Made by a program: the position numbers and the translations under genes. The notes below the pieces were generated by a model that had not been told where the DNA came from, searched no databases, and was given only the letters and a program-made list of their open reading frames with translations. Shown one piece after another: positions 8,590-18,400 of a stretch of 64,000 nt of DNA; the stretch's first letter is position 1, and each line of letters starts with the position of its first letter. The DNA is from Planctomycetota bacterium (GTDB lineage: Bacteria; Planctomycetota; UBA8108; UBA1146): contig DUAN01000189.1 in NCBI GenBank assembly GCA_012960845.1, positions 2,942 through 66,941 of the forward strand, written 5' to 3'.

Positions 8590-9377
8590 ACCTCGTCTTC
8601 GAGTAACTCATCGATGATGTAGGTGCCACTTCTCTGGTCCTTGTGGACGCTGATCAACTTGTGTTTCTCGGCATCGACGAGCAACTTGGAGAAGTGTGTG
8701 TAACCGTGATATTCCTCGCTGAAGGTCGGTTGCTTGCGTTTCATCGTTTGCTTGACCATCGAGGCCCAGATCACCTCATAGTTCTCTCGTTGCAGTGCAG
8801 CGATGGAACTGATGAGCAGGGAGAATGCGGCGTCCTGATCCTTGCTCAACTTTCGTGAGACTTTCTTGGTGGTCCTACGGGTTCTCTTCTTGCGAGTTCG
8901 AACCAGGTCTTCATAGAAGATGAACTCATCGCAGTTATCGATGAGCAGGTTACTGGACGAGTGCTTGACACCGAGACCGATGATCTTCTTGTTATTCTCT
9001 CGCAACTGGGAAACCAGTGGAGAGAAATCGCTATCGCCGGAGATCAACACGAAGGTATCGACGTGTGGCTTCGAGTAGGAAAGTTCCAGGGCGTCGACCA
9101 CCATCTTGATATCGGCGCTATTCTTTCCCGACATCTTGCGCTCAGGAATATCGATCAGCTCGATGGCACACTCATGGAAGGGCCGCTTGTACTGGGTCCA
9201 GTTGGACCAGTCGGCGTAGGCCCTCTTGACCGTGATCTTGCCCTTCTCGACCAGACGATCGAGAATCTTGACGATATCCAGTTTGGCGATCTTGGCTTCC
9301 TTGACACCGATGGCGATGTTGTCGAGGTCGACAAATACGGCGATCTGGTGCTCCTGGTCGACGTTGTTATTGTTCAA
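8586..9377 (-). CDS. NYN-domain (PIN-like RNase) protein with C-terminal OST-HTH/LOTUS-like domain
   Basis: IAVFVDLDN...SGDSDFSPLV NYN signature followed by Lys/Arg linker and LOTUS-like helical domain. Confidence 0.65.
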   Translation of the reverse strand: MNNNNVDQEHQIAVFVDLDNIAIGVKEAKIAKLDIVKILDRLVEKGKITVKRAYADWSNWTQYKRPFHECAIELIDIPERKMSGKNSADIKMVVDALELSYSKPHVDTFVLISGDSDFSPLVSQLRENNKKIIGLGVKHSSSNLLIDNCDEFIFYEDLVRTRKKRTRRTTKKVSRKLSKDQDAAFSLLISSIAALQRENYEVIWASMVKQTMKRKQPTFSEEYHGYTHFSKLLVDAEKHKLISVHKDQRSGTYIIDELLEDEV

Positions 9378-9633
9378 TTCAGTCCCCCTTCGATCGGGGT
9401 ACCGGCTCGTCCGCCATTCCTGAAAACAGAAGAGGACGCCAGTTCATCTGGAGAAATCAGTCCCTCAGCGATTCCTCCCCGGGGAATCCACTACTGGACC
9501 TGGGGTCGATCCCCGACCGAGGATCGACGCTCTGCTTCCCCGATGGGAAGCAGACCTGCGCATCATGGCATGTGTGCCCCTGTCGATGCAACCCCGCTCG
9601 GGCTTCGATCTGAGGAAGATCGAGGCAGAGCGC

Positions 9634-10881
9634 TCAGGGGGCGCAGGGGAATCCCTGCGCAGGCGATGGATCGGGGCCGTATTCGGGAAACGGGGCCGCC
9701 GGAGCAGGTCCCGCGGAAAAGACGAAATCGAGGATCCGGATCGGATCGCCCAGCGTCAGGCGGGAGTCATCATCGACATCCAGTGCCTCGAGACAGGGGC
9801 TCGTCTCGACCCCAAACAGCACCAGTAATTCGTGAATCGCATCGGTCAGATCGACCACACCATCTCGGTTGGTATCGCCGCGAATAAAGACCGCCGGAAC
9901 CGAACTGGCATCGAGCGGATTGAATCCGAACTGTGCCTCCTCGAAATTGGAAACCCCGTCGAGATCCTGGTCTCCGAGAGGATCCGCCAGCAACGCTCGC
10001 TGAAGCCCGGTCAGATCTCCATGCCCGTTGGGATTGGTGACCAGTTCGACCGAGACGATCTCGAATTCAGCAGAAATCGTGACCAGCGAAGAGCCATCTC
10101 GACAAACCACCGTGACCGAGCCGTCGCCATTGGCAGCGATACCGAGGGGTCGATCCGCAACGTCGATCACGGATTCCACTCCCTGCTCTCCCACCACCAC
10201 CACTTCGCTGCTGGTTTGGCAGCAAAACCATGCTCGTCCCTGCAAATCGGTGGTCACTGCGATGGGAAAGGTACCCACCGCCGCACTCCACAACACTTCT
10301 CCGGTCGACGACAATCTGGTCAAGCCCTCCTTTTCGGCGACCCAAACCCCTCCAGCAGCAGCGGCACTGATCCCAGTCGGGAAGAAACCGACCGGATAGG
10401 TCGCGAGCCACTGACCGGAGTCATCGAGTCGATAGACCTGATTGGCGTAGGAGCAACTGACCCAGATGTGTCCCTCGGTATCGATGGAGATGCCATAAGG
10501 AACCGAGCCGACCGGATGAGTGGAGACGATTCCGGCACCCGACTCGATCCGGATCACATCATCGAGCCCCGGTCGGGTTCCCCACAGCTGGCCGCTGGCA
10601 GCGATGACCAGCGACTGAACGCCCACCACCGTATCGATGACCTCGATGACGGCACCACTGGAATCGACATGAATCACCTGGTTGTTCTCCTCGATGGCGA
10701 TCCAGCCTCCGCCACTGGCGGTGCGTGCGATGGCTCTCAGGTCGGTGGACAGATTCACGATGGGAGTAGAACCCGACTCTCCATGGACCCACAGAGTCTG
10801 CTGGTCGCCATACCAGGCGCCCTGGCCATGGAGCAACGTCGGCAATGCGATGGCACAGCAGAGCCAAGATAGATGGATCAT
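9634..10881 (-). CDS. secreted beta-propeller (NHL/SMP-30-like) protein with C-terminal dockerin-like module; start set at MIHLSWLCCAIALPTLL signal peptide (ORF could extend to 10986)
   Basis: Signal peptide; repeated blade-like segments; C-terminal D-x-N-x-D-G-x-x-D-L-x-D EF-hand-like dockerin repeats ending ...FVFSAGPAPAAPFPEYG...C. Confidence 0.65.
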   Translation of the reverse strand: MIHLSWLCCAIALPTLLHGQGAWYGDQQTLWVHGESGSTPIVNLSTDLRAIARTASGGGWIAIEENNQVIHVDSSGAVIEVIDTVVGVQSLVIAASGQLWGTRPGLDDVIRIESGAGIVSTHPVGSVPYGISIDTEGHIWVSCSYANQVYRLDDSGQWLATYPVGFFPTGISAAAAGGVWVAEKEGLTRLSSTGEVLWSAAVGTFPIAVTTDLQGRAWFCCQTSSEVVVVGEQGVESVIDVADRPLGIAANGDGSVTVVCRDGSSLVTISAEFEIVSVELVTNPNGHGDLTGLQRALLADPLGDQDLDGVSNFEEAQFGFNPLDASSVPAVFIRGDTNRDGVVDLTDAIHELLVLFGVETSPCLEALDVDDDSRLTLGDPIRILDFVFSAGPAPAAPFPEYGPDPSPAQGFPCAP

Positions 10882-10926
10882 GGTACTGAAGGACAGGTTG
10901 CTGAAGGGCATGTTGCTGAAGGGCAA
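10882..10926 (-). repeat. three tandem 15-nt repeats (minus strand TGCCCTTCAGCAACN) abutting the start codon of the 9634..10881 gene
   Basis: Seen directly: + strand GGTACTGAAGGACAG / GTTGCTGAAGGGCAT / GTTGCTGAAGGGCAA. Confidence 0.6.
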
Positions 10927-10967
10927 GGTGATTCCTTTCTCAAAAGGGGATGGACAGGTCAAGTTTC

Positions 10968-12596
10968 TCATCCGGTGGTCTCGCAATCCAGGTCGTCATC
11001 GCTCAGGTCATCCCCTGCGACGGGGAAAGGGTATAGCGGAGGAGGGCCCTGTGAAAAGAGGAAAGACAAGATTTGGATTCCATCGGAAAGATCCAGCGTT
11101 CCGTCGTCGTTGGTGTCGGCGGAATCGTCGCAATCGATCGAAGTTCCGAGAAACAGATGCTCGAGTAATCGAATCGGATCGGCCAGATCCAGTTGTCCGT
11201 CGAGATTCAGATCGGCACGGATGAAGGCTCCGATGACCCCGTGCACGCTGATCGACTCGATCCCCTGCTGGGTGGTATAAACACGTCCGCCGGAGACGCA
11301 GATCCGGTTGGGAAGATCCCCACCGGTGAGGATCTCTATTCGCTCACCACTGTCGAGCTGGTAACGCGACACGGTACCGGCGAAGTATTCCGCCACGAGA
11401 AAGGTACCCGCGGCCCCCTGGGTCACGGCACTTTGTACGGTGTCCGACGATTCCATCGGGTATTCCATCAGTAGAGTTCTACTGTTGAGATCGATGCGAT
11501 ACACCACTGCACTGCCGCCAAAGATGGTCAGCAAAGCACTCTGGTCATCGAGAACGTGCAGATCACTGGGTGCGGGGAAATCGGAAGTCTCGACGTCGAT
11601 CACCAGTAGGTCGAGCAACTGTCCATCGTTGGGGTCGATCCACTGCAATTGGGGAGCAGCCGTGAAATCATCGCCCGGGAAGCCCACCGGAACCAGCAAC
11701 GATCCATCTTCCAGCGCTGCAACAGTCGAGATGCCACCGGCAACTTCGATCCGCTGAAGGACTTCCCCGGTCAGTGGATCGAGGATCACGATGTTCTCAT
11801 CCGACCCATCAAAACTACCGCCATTGGAAGAAACGATGATCTCCCCGTTCCAGCCGAGGGCCAGTCCCGATGGGTATCCGATGTCGGCTCCCGAACTGTC
11901 GCTGAAGGGTACAGCGGTGACGTTTCCGCTGATCAGGTCGACTCTGAACAGGCTACTGATGGTCGAGCAACAGACCCACAGATCGGAACCGGAGAGCAAC
12001 AGATCTGTCGGATAATATCCGACATCAAAGGTGCGCAGGACCTCGAGAGTCCGAGCATCGAACTCGATCACCTGATTTGCACTGTGATCCTCGACCGCCT
12101 CACCCAAGGGCGCGACATCGCCACAGATGGAGACATAACCATACTGATGGGCGTCATCAATGACGATCGAGTAAGGGTGAGAGTCGACGTTGGAAGTGGG
12201 AATCTCGGTGGAGATCTGGGCGATCGGTTCTCCCGCAAGAGAGAGGACCGGGATCCCGCCGACCAGTATCCATCCGACCAGTAAGGAATCTCTCCAGTGG
12301 CCCCGATAGAATTGATTGAGGAGGAGAGAATAGAACGATTTCAGCAACTGAATGCGGCCTCTCTGCTCGGAGTTCTGGGCCGATTCCACGCACTGTGCGT
12401 GAATCGGAGGGATCCAGCGAAGAAAACGAAGGATGTCAATCTCCGACGATTTCACGGACAGAAGGTCTTCTGGCTTCCGGATCGTCCTCTCCCTGCGCCT
12501 TCCCACGACACTTCGTAGTGGCTTTCCAGACCCACGCCTGGAGTTGCAGGGGTTGTCCCCGGTTACAGCGGCGGCACCGCGGTGGATTCTCACCAC
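10968..12596 (-). CDS. secreted beta-propeller (YVTN/NHL-like) protein with C-terminal dockerin-like module; true start probably downstream of 12596 near the hydrophobic segment SLLVGWILVGGIPVLSLA
   Basis: Blade-like repeats, C-terminal ADLNLDGQLDLADPIRLLEHLF...DTNDDGTLDLSDGIQILSFLFSQGPPPLYPFP...C module shared with two other genes in the window. Confidence 0.65.
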   Translation of the reverse strand: MVRIHRGAAAVTGDNPCNSRRGSGKPLRSVVGRRRERTIRKPEDLLSVKSSEIDILRFLRWIPPIHAQCVESAQNSEQRGRIQLLKSFYSLLLNQFYRGHWRDSLLVGWILVGGIPVLSLAGEPIAQISTEIPTSNVDSHPYSIVIDDAHQYGYVSICGDVAPLGEAVEDHSANQVIEFDARTLEVLRTFDVGYYPTDLLLSGSDLWVCCSTISSLFRVDLISGNVTAVPFSDSSGADIGYPSGLALGWNGEIIVSSNGGSFDGSDENIVILDPLTGEVLQRIEVAGGISTVAALEDGSLLVPVGFPGDDFTAAPQLQWIDPNDGQLLDLLVIDVETSDFPAPSDLHVLDDQSALLTIFGGSAVVYRIDLNSRTLLMEYPMESSDTVQSAVTQGAAGTFLVAEYFAGTVSRYQLDSGERIEILTGGDLPNRICVSGGRVYTTQQGIESISVHGVIGAFIRADLNLDGQLDLADPIRLLEHLFLGTSIDCDDSADTNDDGTLDLSDGIQILSFLFSQGPPPLYPFPVAGDDLSDDDLDCETTG

Positions 12597-12711
12597 ACTT
12601 CCGATCCGGGTTGCCCCGAATCAATCCTGTCACGGCTCTAGATACAGAACCTTTCACGACGGTTCAAGGGCCAACAGTTGAAATCCGTCAGATCCAGGCC
12701 GACAATGTGGC

Positions 12712-13833
12712 ATGGCCAAATCATCATCCAGATCCCGATCTTCCAGCCGCAAGGTGACCGTGGCCACCCTTCCCGCAAGGCTCAAGGAGGGCCCTCCCCC
12801 CATCACCGTGGTGGTCGGGCAGGAGCAACTACTACGCCGTGAAGCGATCGCGATGTTGCTCGATTCTGTGCCGGGCGGCACCCCTGATCCCGACTCGATC
12901 CTGCGCTACCAGGGGACTCGAAGCGCCACCGATGAACAGATTCGTGAGATCTTTGATGAATTGAGGACACCGAGCCTGTTCGGGGGTGGGCCGGTAGTGA
13001 TCGTCCAGGATGCTCAGAACTGGTTCAAATCTGACCCCGATTCCTGGGTCCAGTTCTTCTCATCCGCCCCCACCGGATCACTGCTGATCCTCACCGCCGA
13101 TGCTCTCGATGGACGGAGCAAGGTGGCCAAGGCGATCGGCAAGTTTGGACTCACCATCTCGGCGGATCGGCCCTTTTCCCGTCCACCCCCATGGCAGCCA
13201 GATGCCAACCCCTGGGATCACGAACTGAACTCCTGGGTGATCCATCGCTTTCACCATCATTCGCTGAAGGTGACGGCTCCGGTGGCCCAGTTACTCATCG
13301 AGCGCATCGGGCCCCAGATGGATCAACTCGCCAGCACCATCGAGAAGATCTCCACCATCTGTGACTCCCGTCAGATCGAACAGATCGATGAGAGTATCAT
13401 CGTCGAGAATAGTGCCGCCGGTGGCGACGGAACTGCTTTTGAGCTGGTCGACTCCTGGTTCGAACAGGATCGAGTGCGATCACTCCGAGTGCTCTCCGAT
13501 ATCGTCGAGCGCGGCGCACTCGATGAAAAGAATCAACGAGTGCGAGATCCTCAACGATTGCTGCTACAGTTTGTGGCGCTGTCTCTCAAACGTGCACGGG
13601 AACTGAGAAGCGTTCACCGCATCGTAGCGGAGGGTGGAGGAGAAAAGCAGATTCTCGAGCAGGCAGGGATTGCCCGACCGTTTCTTCCGCGGATTCGCAA
13701 ACAGTATCGAACTTGTGATCTTCCCAGGACCCTGAAAATCATCGAGACCCTGATCGAGATGGACTGGCAACTGAAGAGTGGTGCTGGAGCCTTGCCGGTG
13801 GAGTTGATGGAGCGCGCAGTGGTCAGCGTCTGA
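12712..13833 (+). CDS. holA: DNA polymerase III delta subunit
   Basis: N-terminal PITVVVGQEQLLRREAI clamp-loader-delta motif, DUF-like delta N-domain and C-terminal helical domain, size 373 aa. Confidence 0.7.
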   Translation: MAKSSSRSRSSSRKVTVATLPARLKEGPPPITVVVGQEQLLRREAIAMLLDSVPGGTPDPDSILRYQGTRSATDEQIREIFDELRTPSLFGGGPVVIVQDAQNWFKSDPDSWVQFFSSAPTGSLLILTADALDGRSKVAKAIGKFGLTISADRPFSRPPPWQPDANPWDHELNSWVIHRFHHHSLKVTAPVAQLLIERIGPQMDQLASTIEKISTICDSRQIEQIDESIIVENSAAGGDGTAFELVDSWFEQDRVRSLRVLSDIVERGALDEKNQRVRDPQRLLLQFVALSLKRARELRSVHRIVAEGGGEKQILEQAGIARPFLPRIRKQYRTCDLPRTLKIIETLIEMDWQLKSGAGALPVELMERAVVSV

Positions 13834-13845
13834 GCGGCGACTGCC

Positions 13846-14364
13846 TCAGGGGGACTCCAGTCGAATACTTCGCATCCTGGGAACAATCTGGCGAAAGACT
13901 TCCTCGCTCCCCTGACCCCTGGATATCCACATCACATGGATCTCGACCAGCAACTCATCGATGTAATCATCGCTCGGAATGGTGCGATAATTGACATCTC
14001 TTTCGCCATCGCGATCTTGCCTGACGCTCACGATCAACTTGTCTCGCCCCTGTTGCTTGGAAATGGTGCCGTATCGCACTTCGACAGAAATCCCCGGCCA
14101 GTGAGCGAGCAGCGGGTCCCACGGAGGATTATTGATCAAATCAGTGACCGTTCCGCCGTCGCGGATCGTCCCCTCAAGGGCGGACAGAACCACCTCCGAG
14201 ACCTCGATGGCGCGGATTCGATCGACCGCACGTCGATGAGATGCCGTACCTGCGGCAAACAGAGCGATCGCGGCGCTGATCCCCACCGTGAGGATTCCCA
14301 GAGCCACCACGACCTCGAGCAGGGTGAACCCGGTTTCCTTGCTCTCCATCTTCATCGTTGCCAC
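13846..14364 (-). CDS. GspI-like minor pseudopilin (prepilin-type N-terminal cleavage/methylation domain)
   Basis: Class III signal: KETG|FTLLEVVVALGIL with Glu+5; small 150-170 aa protein; last gene of pseudopilin operon. Confidence 0.7.
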   Translation of the reverse strand: MATMKMESKETGFTLLEVVVALGILTVGISAAIALFAAGTASHRRAVDRIRAIEVSEVVLSALEGTIRDGGTVTDLINNPPWDPLLAHWPGISVEVRYGTISKQQGRDKLIVSVRQDRDGERDVNYRTIPSDDYIDELLVEIHVMWISRGQGSEEVFRQIVPRMRSIRLESP

Positions 14365-15434
14365 CCCGGATCCCTGGCCCCTGGGATCCTCACCGTCTTA
14401 CGGAATTCGGAACCGTGGACGACAAACCGAAGACGGGAGTGCTCCACCGCAGTGGTGCCTCGCATCCCTCTATCACAGTCGAGAAAAGCACCACTGGTGA
14501 GCCGCCCCACTCGAATCCATTCAGAGTCGATACGGATGTAATTGTCGGGACCGATCGGATACTGAGCGGTCGAATCGACGAGGATGTCTCCGCTACTCCC
14601 GTCGATATCCTCACTCAGTCGGGCAAGTGCAGCGGAACGGGCCGGTTTCAGCACCAGCAACACCTCGACAGTATCGGGAAAGACATCATCGAAGGGATCA
14701 TCTCGGCTTGCTGAATCCCAGTAGATTCCCGACTGGCGGTCCATCGGCAAGATGCCCCGCGTCGAATCCCAGAAGGAAAGCGGTGGTTGCACCTTGCCAG
14801 CGACAAAGCGACGACGATCTCCACCCCAGAACGACCATTCGATGTGGAGTACTCCATCTGCGATGGGACGGCTGCGCCGCGGCGTCCCGTCGACATCCGG
14901 CGCCAGGTTGACATCATTGAACAGGGTACCTTCGCCCCCGATAGGACTCTTGAAGCCTCTCCACAACACCTCGGACCCCTCCTCGGGTCCCATCGAGTAA
15001 CTGACCTCGCACAGGCCACCCGGGGCGCGCAGAATTCCCAATCGAGCTTCCATCGAGTCATTATTGTAATCGATATCGGCGAGACCACCGGTGAGAGATC
15101 CAGCAATCCGGGTTATCGGGTTCCTGACCTCCTCGTCGAGCACGCTGACCATCCTCAAACGGGATCGCCCCCGGCCATCTCGGTCACAGAGCAGCAAGAC
15201 TTCGACCAGACCACCACCGGGTCCCGGATCTGGTTGTGAGAAGAGTGATCGCAGGTCGGCGCAGAGAGGCTCGAGGATCGCTTCTGCTCGCTCGATCGAT
15301 TCGCGTCTCGATTCGCCGACTTGCCAGGTGGAGATGCCATCTCTCAGGAACACGACAAGACCGCTACCGAGCATCACGAAGATACCCAGTGCCACCAGAA
15401 TCTCGATGAGGGTCAGTCCCTGTTCTTTGTTCAT
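14352..15434 (-). CDS. GspJ-like minor pseudopilin; start at MNKEQG|LTLIEIL (TGATG overlap with upstream stop)
   Basis: Prepilin-type N-terminus with Glu+5, GspJ-like helix following; stop/start overlap with giant upstream gene. Confidence 0.65.
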   Translation of the reverse strand: MNKEQGLTLIEILVALGIFVMLGSGLVVFLRDGISTWQVGESRRESIERAEAILEPLCADLRSLFSQPDPGPGGGLVEVLLLCDRDGRGRSRLRMVSVLDEEVRNPITRIAGSLTGGLADIDYNNDSMEARLGILRAPGGLCEVSYSMGPEEGSEVLWRGFKSPIGGEGTLFNDVNLAPDVDGTPRRSRPIADGVLHIEWSFWGGDRRRFVAGKVQPPLSFWDSTRGILPMDRQSGIYWDSASRDDPFDDVFPDTVEVLLVLKPARSAALARLSEDIDGSSGDILVDSTAQYPIGPDNYIRIDSEWIRVGRLTSGAFLDCDRGMRGTTAVEHSRLRFVVHGSEFRKTVRIPGARDPGWQR

Positions 15435-18400
15435 CAGTACGGATATTCCTCGTGATGAAGGATTCGCCACTCCTTACGGTGTTCGATTCCAAGGGTCTTC
15501 AAGACGGGAAGATGTTTCCATTCATCATTCCACACCCCCGACTGTCGAGTTTGGCCATGGGCTCCTTTTCGGTGACGGTAGTGGATTCGAATTTCCAAGG
15601 CATCGCCAAACTGTCCCAGACGATTGACATCGGCCGGATCGTCAAACAAATAGAGGCCACCAGGCTGATTGGTCGGAATCGAGTCCCACCCGGGAACGCC
15701 ATCGAATCGAGCGAGAACCCTGACCGATCCTGCGGTGGCTCGATTGCGAGACTGTTCCACTTCCCAGCGGATTCGATCCCACATGGTTCCGGGCATCGTC
15801 CAGGCTCGCTCGAGGTACTGCAGATCCTTCGATTCCACCAGTGGTTGATATCGATCGTGATGTCGAGCGAGCAGTTCGATGACTGGAGTACCGGCGGGTT
15901 GGACCTTGAAATCGGTACCGAAGCGACCACGGAAAATTCCTTTTCCAGTACGATCATCGCGAAACAGCCCGAAGCTGCTGCCCTGCGCACCGGTATGAGC
16001 GATGATCTCGTCTGGAGTCGTAATGATGCCGTCATCCACCAGCAGGTAACCCTCGCCGGAGGGGAAGCCGGCCAACTGACGATTCCCACCTTCGTTTCCG
16101 GGAGGCCCCATCACCTCCAGAGTCAATCCTGATTCTGCGACCTGCCCGGCGAGCCGAGCCACCGGAATACTGGGGAGGGGAACCAGAGGTTCTCGTCCCA
16201 GTTCATTGCTGGTACGTTCGGTGGCGAGCATTCCTCGGGTCATCACATCGATGATGCGGGAGGGAATCAACCGCAACCGATGGGTGTTGGTCACTACCTG
16301 AACAGCGCCTGCAGCATCGGTATATGACCACTGATAAACATAGCCACCCACCGAAGATCCCAACTGACCACGCAACACATTGCGCAGTACACCGTTCGAT
16401 GCTTGTTCGTAGTACAGCACTTCGTTGGTCGGACCACTGATCATTTCGAGGAACCCACCATTGGGTGGAAGGTTGGCCGTGTTATCGACCTGGATCGAGT
16501 TGACCACTTCTACTCTCAGATCACGATTGGGGTCATAGGGAACCACCTCCCCTTCACCCAGGGCGTTCTCGTCAAGGTAGGGATCGCGGGGCAGATCCTG
16601 CTCCAGTTGGATCACCACATCGGGCTCGACCTGGCCGGGATCAAAGGTGTAGTGCATCACCTCATCATCGACCTGGAATAATCCTTCTCGCTTGCCCAGT
16701 CCAAATCCTCGAGGATCACCTTTGGAAAATGTTCGAACACCTCCCGTGGGCAAACTGGCGCCACTTTCCGGACCCTGCGGTTGCGGAGCAGAAGCGGTGA
16801 GTTTCGATCGAGCCAGCAAGTGGATCCTGTCGAGGACACCACCCGGTTGTTCGGAATCCTGTTTCGAATAGCCGCTTTGAATCACCTCGGTACGCACCCC
16901 CGACGGTAAGCCAGGCGACGCCTGGATCGCCATCGTGCGGAATCCACCATTGGAAGCCGCAGGAAATGCATAGGTTTCAACATCACTCGAGTCAAGGCGG
17001 CTGAAACGCACTTCGTCGAGGGTCCCCGGAGCATCGATTCCATCGCCACTGATCATCGATGACCCGAAACGAATCTCCCCGTTGGTCGAGGACGGCAACC
17101 CACCGCTGGGGAATCGACGGATCCGTGGATCCTGTCCCGGACGATAGATCCCTTCCGGAGGCCAGTAGAAACTGACATAGGTTCCACTATCGGTTTCTCT
17201 CACCTTGCGAACTCTCAGCGGCGTATCTTCCCGAAGTCTGTTGGTCGGATCGCCATAGCCATCTCCGAGGATCACCTCGTCGGCAAATCCAGCGGATGCC
17301 CCGACTGCGCGGACCACCTGGGTGATCTCCTGCCCCGCGGCATGACGGACGATGCCATTCATATCCCACAACGGGCGATTTCGACGGAATGGATCACCGG
17401 TGTTGATGTACTTGTCTCCGGTGAAGCCGCGAAATGCATCGACCTGATCGGGATCACAGATGAAGAACTTCCCCTCGGCAATTTGTGTGTATCGAATCCA
17501 CTCTGCATCTTGCAGTAGTCCGATACTCTGGGAACCGGGCATGTAATCGATCTGGATCACGCCGGAAGGCGCGTAGCTTTGATTCAAATCGGTCGCATTC
17601 GATTCAATCGAAACACCCCTGACCTGCAGAGTCGTTGTGGAAGTGGCAGTGATGATCCCGACGGTCGCCGTAGAGTTCAGTAAAGCTCTACCCATGGCGG
17701 TGAATCGATAAAGGCCAGGAACCGGTCCCGGAGTGATGGAGGAATACTTGGCGAATTCAGTTGCGACCAGCCGCCTCGGCTCGGTTCCCTGCTGGGTCCA
17801 TTGTCGAATGTGAAGATATCCCCGAGGTGGGAAACCCAGTTCGAGAGGATGGCTCCCATTGGTCTGCACCAGCAGCGAGAGCGAGTTGGCGGCAAACGGC
17901 TCCAGTTCCAGGGTGCTGGTCACCGGACTGCCGACAGAGAATGGAACCTGTGTCGAGGCTCGGGAAAATGTCGCTGGAGTCAGTTCCACTGCACCGTTAC
18001 TGGTGTTGAAGGCGGAAACTCTCATCGTTGGAGTGACCTCGATCTCCAGCGAAGCTCCCCCCGGACCGATGATGATGTCGTTGGAAGAATCGGTCAGAGC
18101 ACGTCGCGGATCGGAGTTGGCAAGGGGTAAGGAGTAGCCCAGAAGCCTCACGGGAGTACCGGAAGCATGACTCGACCGAACCGTCCCGCGGACACCGCGT
18201 CCGATCGGAGGAGAGCCGTTGGGACCTGGCGGCCGGACGATGAAGGAAGCCCCTTCCCGACCGGAGTAATCGATCGCTTCCGACCCCACCAGCAGAGTCC
18301 CGTTGGGAGGAAATCTTGTGGCCATGTCGCCATCGACGATGGAAACACGGTTACCGGAGAAGGAAAGGGCGCCATTGAGACGAGATAACCAGGACTGACG

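Noticed and set aside
8961-9887. 308-aa + strand ORF spanning the NYN gene start and the intergenic region
   Set aside because: Overlaps the NYN gene antisense, Arg/Pro-rich low-complexity translation, runs across palindromic intergenic DNA
10882-10926. Possibility that the 15-nt repeats (here and at 48043-48112) are a CRISPR array or mobile-element terminal repeats
   Set aside because: Only 2-3 contiguous copies with no spacers, no cas genes, and no transposase or integrase anywhere in the window
15452-16132. 226-aa + strand ORF (and several other 60-200 aa ORFs on both strands) inside the giant GspK-like gene
   Set aside because: Antisense or out-of-frame to a 5.7-kb ORF with clear family motifs; no domain signal; typical spurious ORFs of high-GC DNA
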